From positions 2,656,001 to 2,720,000 of the forward strand of contig OZ219791.1 in the NCBI GenBank assembly GCA_964291215.2: 64,000 bases of DNA, given 5' to 3'. The position numbers and the translations under genes are program-made. Numbering within the stretch: the first letter of the stretch is position 1; each line of letters starts with the position of its first letter. Below, piece after piece: positions 61,623-64,000 of this stretch. The DNA comes from Alphaproteobacteria bacterium. Its GTDB lineage: Bacteria > Pseudomonadota > Alphaproteobacteria > MPNO01 > UBA830. Below the pieces are notes generated by a model. The model was not told the DNA's origin, did not search any database, and worked only from the letters and a program-made list of their open reading frames with translations.

Positions 61623-63797
61623 GTAAACGTTCGTTCGTGCGGTGAGGTGTTGTTGTTTTCGTCCGTTTGATCGGCTTTTGTCAGGGAGTTCCAGCGTCAT
61701 CCGGAGCGGTTTCGTGCACCGGGATGCGCGGTGAGGGGCACTGGCGCCATGCGGTGTTTCCCGCATCGGTTGCGGTTTTGTCCCGGTGCTGCGGAGGAGG
61801 AGCTGAGCGCCATCCCGTGCCGGTTGCAGGGTTCTGAGGGTCCGCTCCTTGCGGGGCGGGCCAGATGTCCTTCTTCGGCTTCTGTCATGTCGGTCGTGGC
61901 GGCCGCAGGTTGTTCCGACGCGGATCCGGCAGACGCCGCGGCGCGGGACCAGGATCTCGCAGGGCACGGGCGTGGTGTTGCAGCGCGCGGTCCATGCGGC
62001 GGTCGAGAAGCAGCGGCTCGCCGCATGGTAGCGCATCTGCGGCGCCGCCAGGCGCGTGTATCCGAGGTCGTGTCAGCGGGCGGGGCTCGTCGAGGGTCTT
62101 AGGGGCGGCGGTGTGATTAGCTTCGGGGGCTGGCGGCGGCAGAAGGCGCGGGCGATGGGGTCCGCTCCGTGATCGTCGCAGCACTGCGCGACCATGAAGT
62201 CGCGCCCTCGACCTCACGGCGGCGCTGCGAATCTCCGCCGCCTCTCCGGGCTCACGGCAACCAGGGCGACAGATCGCCGGGCCGCCGTTCTCCGCGCAGG
62301 CGCCAGCGCAGAACGTCGAGGCCGCTCCTCGCGACCGTGCCGTGTACATGACAGCCGTCCATGCTGTCGGAACCGAAGCCGGGCTTCCGCCCGGGCCCCT
62401 GACAGCCCTTTCCCCGAAATTGTTGTCCATGGTCGACAAACACGCGATGGTTGAGCGCAGCGGCCTGCCTTCCGGCGCCGCTTTCGGAAGCCTCGGCGCT
62501 TCCGCAAACAGCGACCGCAGTCTCCAGCGCCGCCTGCGCGGCCTCGAACGCCGCCGGAAGCAAGGCAGTCGAGCCGTGTTCAGGCGGCAGATCTCCGCGA
62601 TCGATCCATTCCCACCCCTCCAGCTGCGGCCGGCGCAGTCCGGAAAGTCGCGCCGACAATGCGCCCGACAACAGCACAGGATGATGAAGGGCCACAGGCG
62701 CGCCAGCTTCTTGCAGGCGCCGCAGCGGTCGCAGACATGGGGGCCGTCCGCGAACAGCTTCGCCGCGACCTCGGCGCTGCGCGAGGGAGAGAACCGCGTC
62801 ACGGCTGACCGATGTCTGGAGCCAGGCGCGACTTCCGGACCTCCCTCGGGGCCTGGATGCATCGGCATGGCGCAAACCCCGGTGCGCGAGGATCGCGTCC
62901 CGAAGCGGCTCGAACAGGGGCACAGCATCTGGCTCGCTGGCCAGCGTTCCCGGCGAAAGCCCCTGGACGCGGCGCGCATGCACGCGCTCGTGCAGCACAT
63001 GCGTCCACACCCGAAGGCGGTGCCGGGAAACAGCCGCCACCGGTGAACCGGGGCAGTCACAGCCCCGGCGGACAATCCGCCGCTTTTGATCTCGATGATC
63101 CTGGTGCGAACCGTTGGCAACGCAGCACGAGCAGGCGTCCTCCGCCACCTCCAGCCGCCCTCCACCTCCTCGAGCGCCGGCGGCGGCCAGGAGTGCCGTG
63201 CTGCTGGCCGCGCTTCGATGACGCCCGCTGCCTCTTCTCGCTTTTGCGCCTGTACGACCTGTTCGAACGAAGCTTGTCGTTCTCCGCCCCGACCCTTCAG
63301 AACCCTCATCGCGGTCTTCAGGCTGGCATTCTCCATGCGCAGCGACACCACCGTCGACCGCTTCCGCGCGCCGGCCTCGGCAAGAAGCTGGCCCGGACGC
63401 GCAACCTCCTGCTTCAGCGCAAGAGACTGCTTCGCCGTCCGCCGAATTTCCCTGACCTCCGCACGGGCAGCTGCCAGCTTCTCGCGGTTGCTCTCGAAAA
63501 TCGCCTTCAGGGAATTCGCGCGGCCCCTCCACTTCCTGCAAGCGCAGCTCCTCACAGCGCCCCTCCGCCGCCTCGGCTCGAATACGCTTGCGATCGTACA
63601 GGGACTTCCAGGTGGCCGAATCACGACACGACGACTGCGGCATGTCGCCAGCGGCGTCCGCACCCGATGATGACACGAAATCCTCGATGCACATGACCAT
63701 CTGATGGCACCGCCAAAAAAATTCACCAGCCCCCTTCTCCGAATCACCAAAACAAACCTCGGCGCAGATCGTCATCACCGCATGAACAAACGCTTAC
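61623..63797 (-). mobile_element. Decayed IS66-family element carrying TnpC plus a downstream DUF4338 gene
   Basis: TIRs GTAAGCGTTTGTTCATGCGGTGA / GTAAACGTTCGTTCGTGCGGTGA; TnpC (coiled coil, CDR..A.KK, AH.RRDF, MDNNFGERAVRGP); DUF4338 at about 61800-62210 (GRDF, LGYTRL...QMRY, FSTAAW, TTPV.CE, IRVGTT.GR, KKDIW). Confidence 0.85.
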
Positions 63798-64000
63798 GGC
63801 GAAGATATACCCCTGCAATGGCGGTGGGATTTTGTTTTTTCTGTCACTTATTCCCTGTTCCGGCAGTCGATCATGAGCCAGGTCCGCAAGAACGCCGCGA
63901 GCCAGAGGTGGCAGTATGCTTCCGTTGACTTTGAGAGCCGGCAGGTTGCAGAGGAACCCAAGCGGAGATGGAATGAGCGGCTGACCGCGGTCCGGGACAT

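Noticed and set aside
632-63797. A Druantia defence system inferred from DruA/DUF4338
   Set aside because: No DruE-type helicase or other Dru genes; the DUF4338 copies sit in IS elements or beside IS remnants
1-64000. tRNA, rRNA or tmRNA genes
   Set aside because: No convincing cloverleaf or rRNA signature seen by eye; GTTCGA-like words lacked tRNA context

Overview
High-GC bacterial chromosomal window, most likely an alphaproteobacterium (Rhodospirillales-like fabD-fabG-acpP-fabF-mltG-yicC-gmk synteny). The Sel1-repeat protein, AAA/PD-(D/E)XK gene and heavy IS load would fit a host-associated lifestyle such as a sponge symbiont (inference only). Intact housekeeping and catabolic genes occupy about 4.7-39.5 kb and 56.4-61.5 kb: fatty-acid synthesis, aromatic and N-heterocycle catabolic enzymes, a CADD-like diiron protein, NAD kinase, a MetE-like protein, split aconitase X, many SDRs and a TRAP transporter. 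Accessory zones (0-4.7 kb, 17.2-20.6 kb, 39.5-56.3 kb, 61.5-64 kb) are full of decayed insertion sequences. Main observations: (1) IS elements of three unrelated families (ISAs1, IS4, IS66) carry a DUF4338/DruA-like module inside their terminal repeats, and another IS66 carries a Dam-like methyltransferase remnant, suggesting transposons with their own DNA-modification cargo. (2) That IS66 (8-bp TSD) splits a single ~1467-aa nuclease-helicase-methyltransferase RM gene that can be rebuilt in frame and has an NAPF motif. (3) ISAs1-type elements and a MITE are stacked at one site with exact 10-bp TSDs. (4) Non-functional DNA is decaying through dense short deletions, several between microhomologies. 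All family calls come from motif recognition, not database searches.
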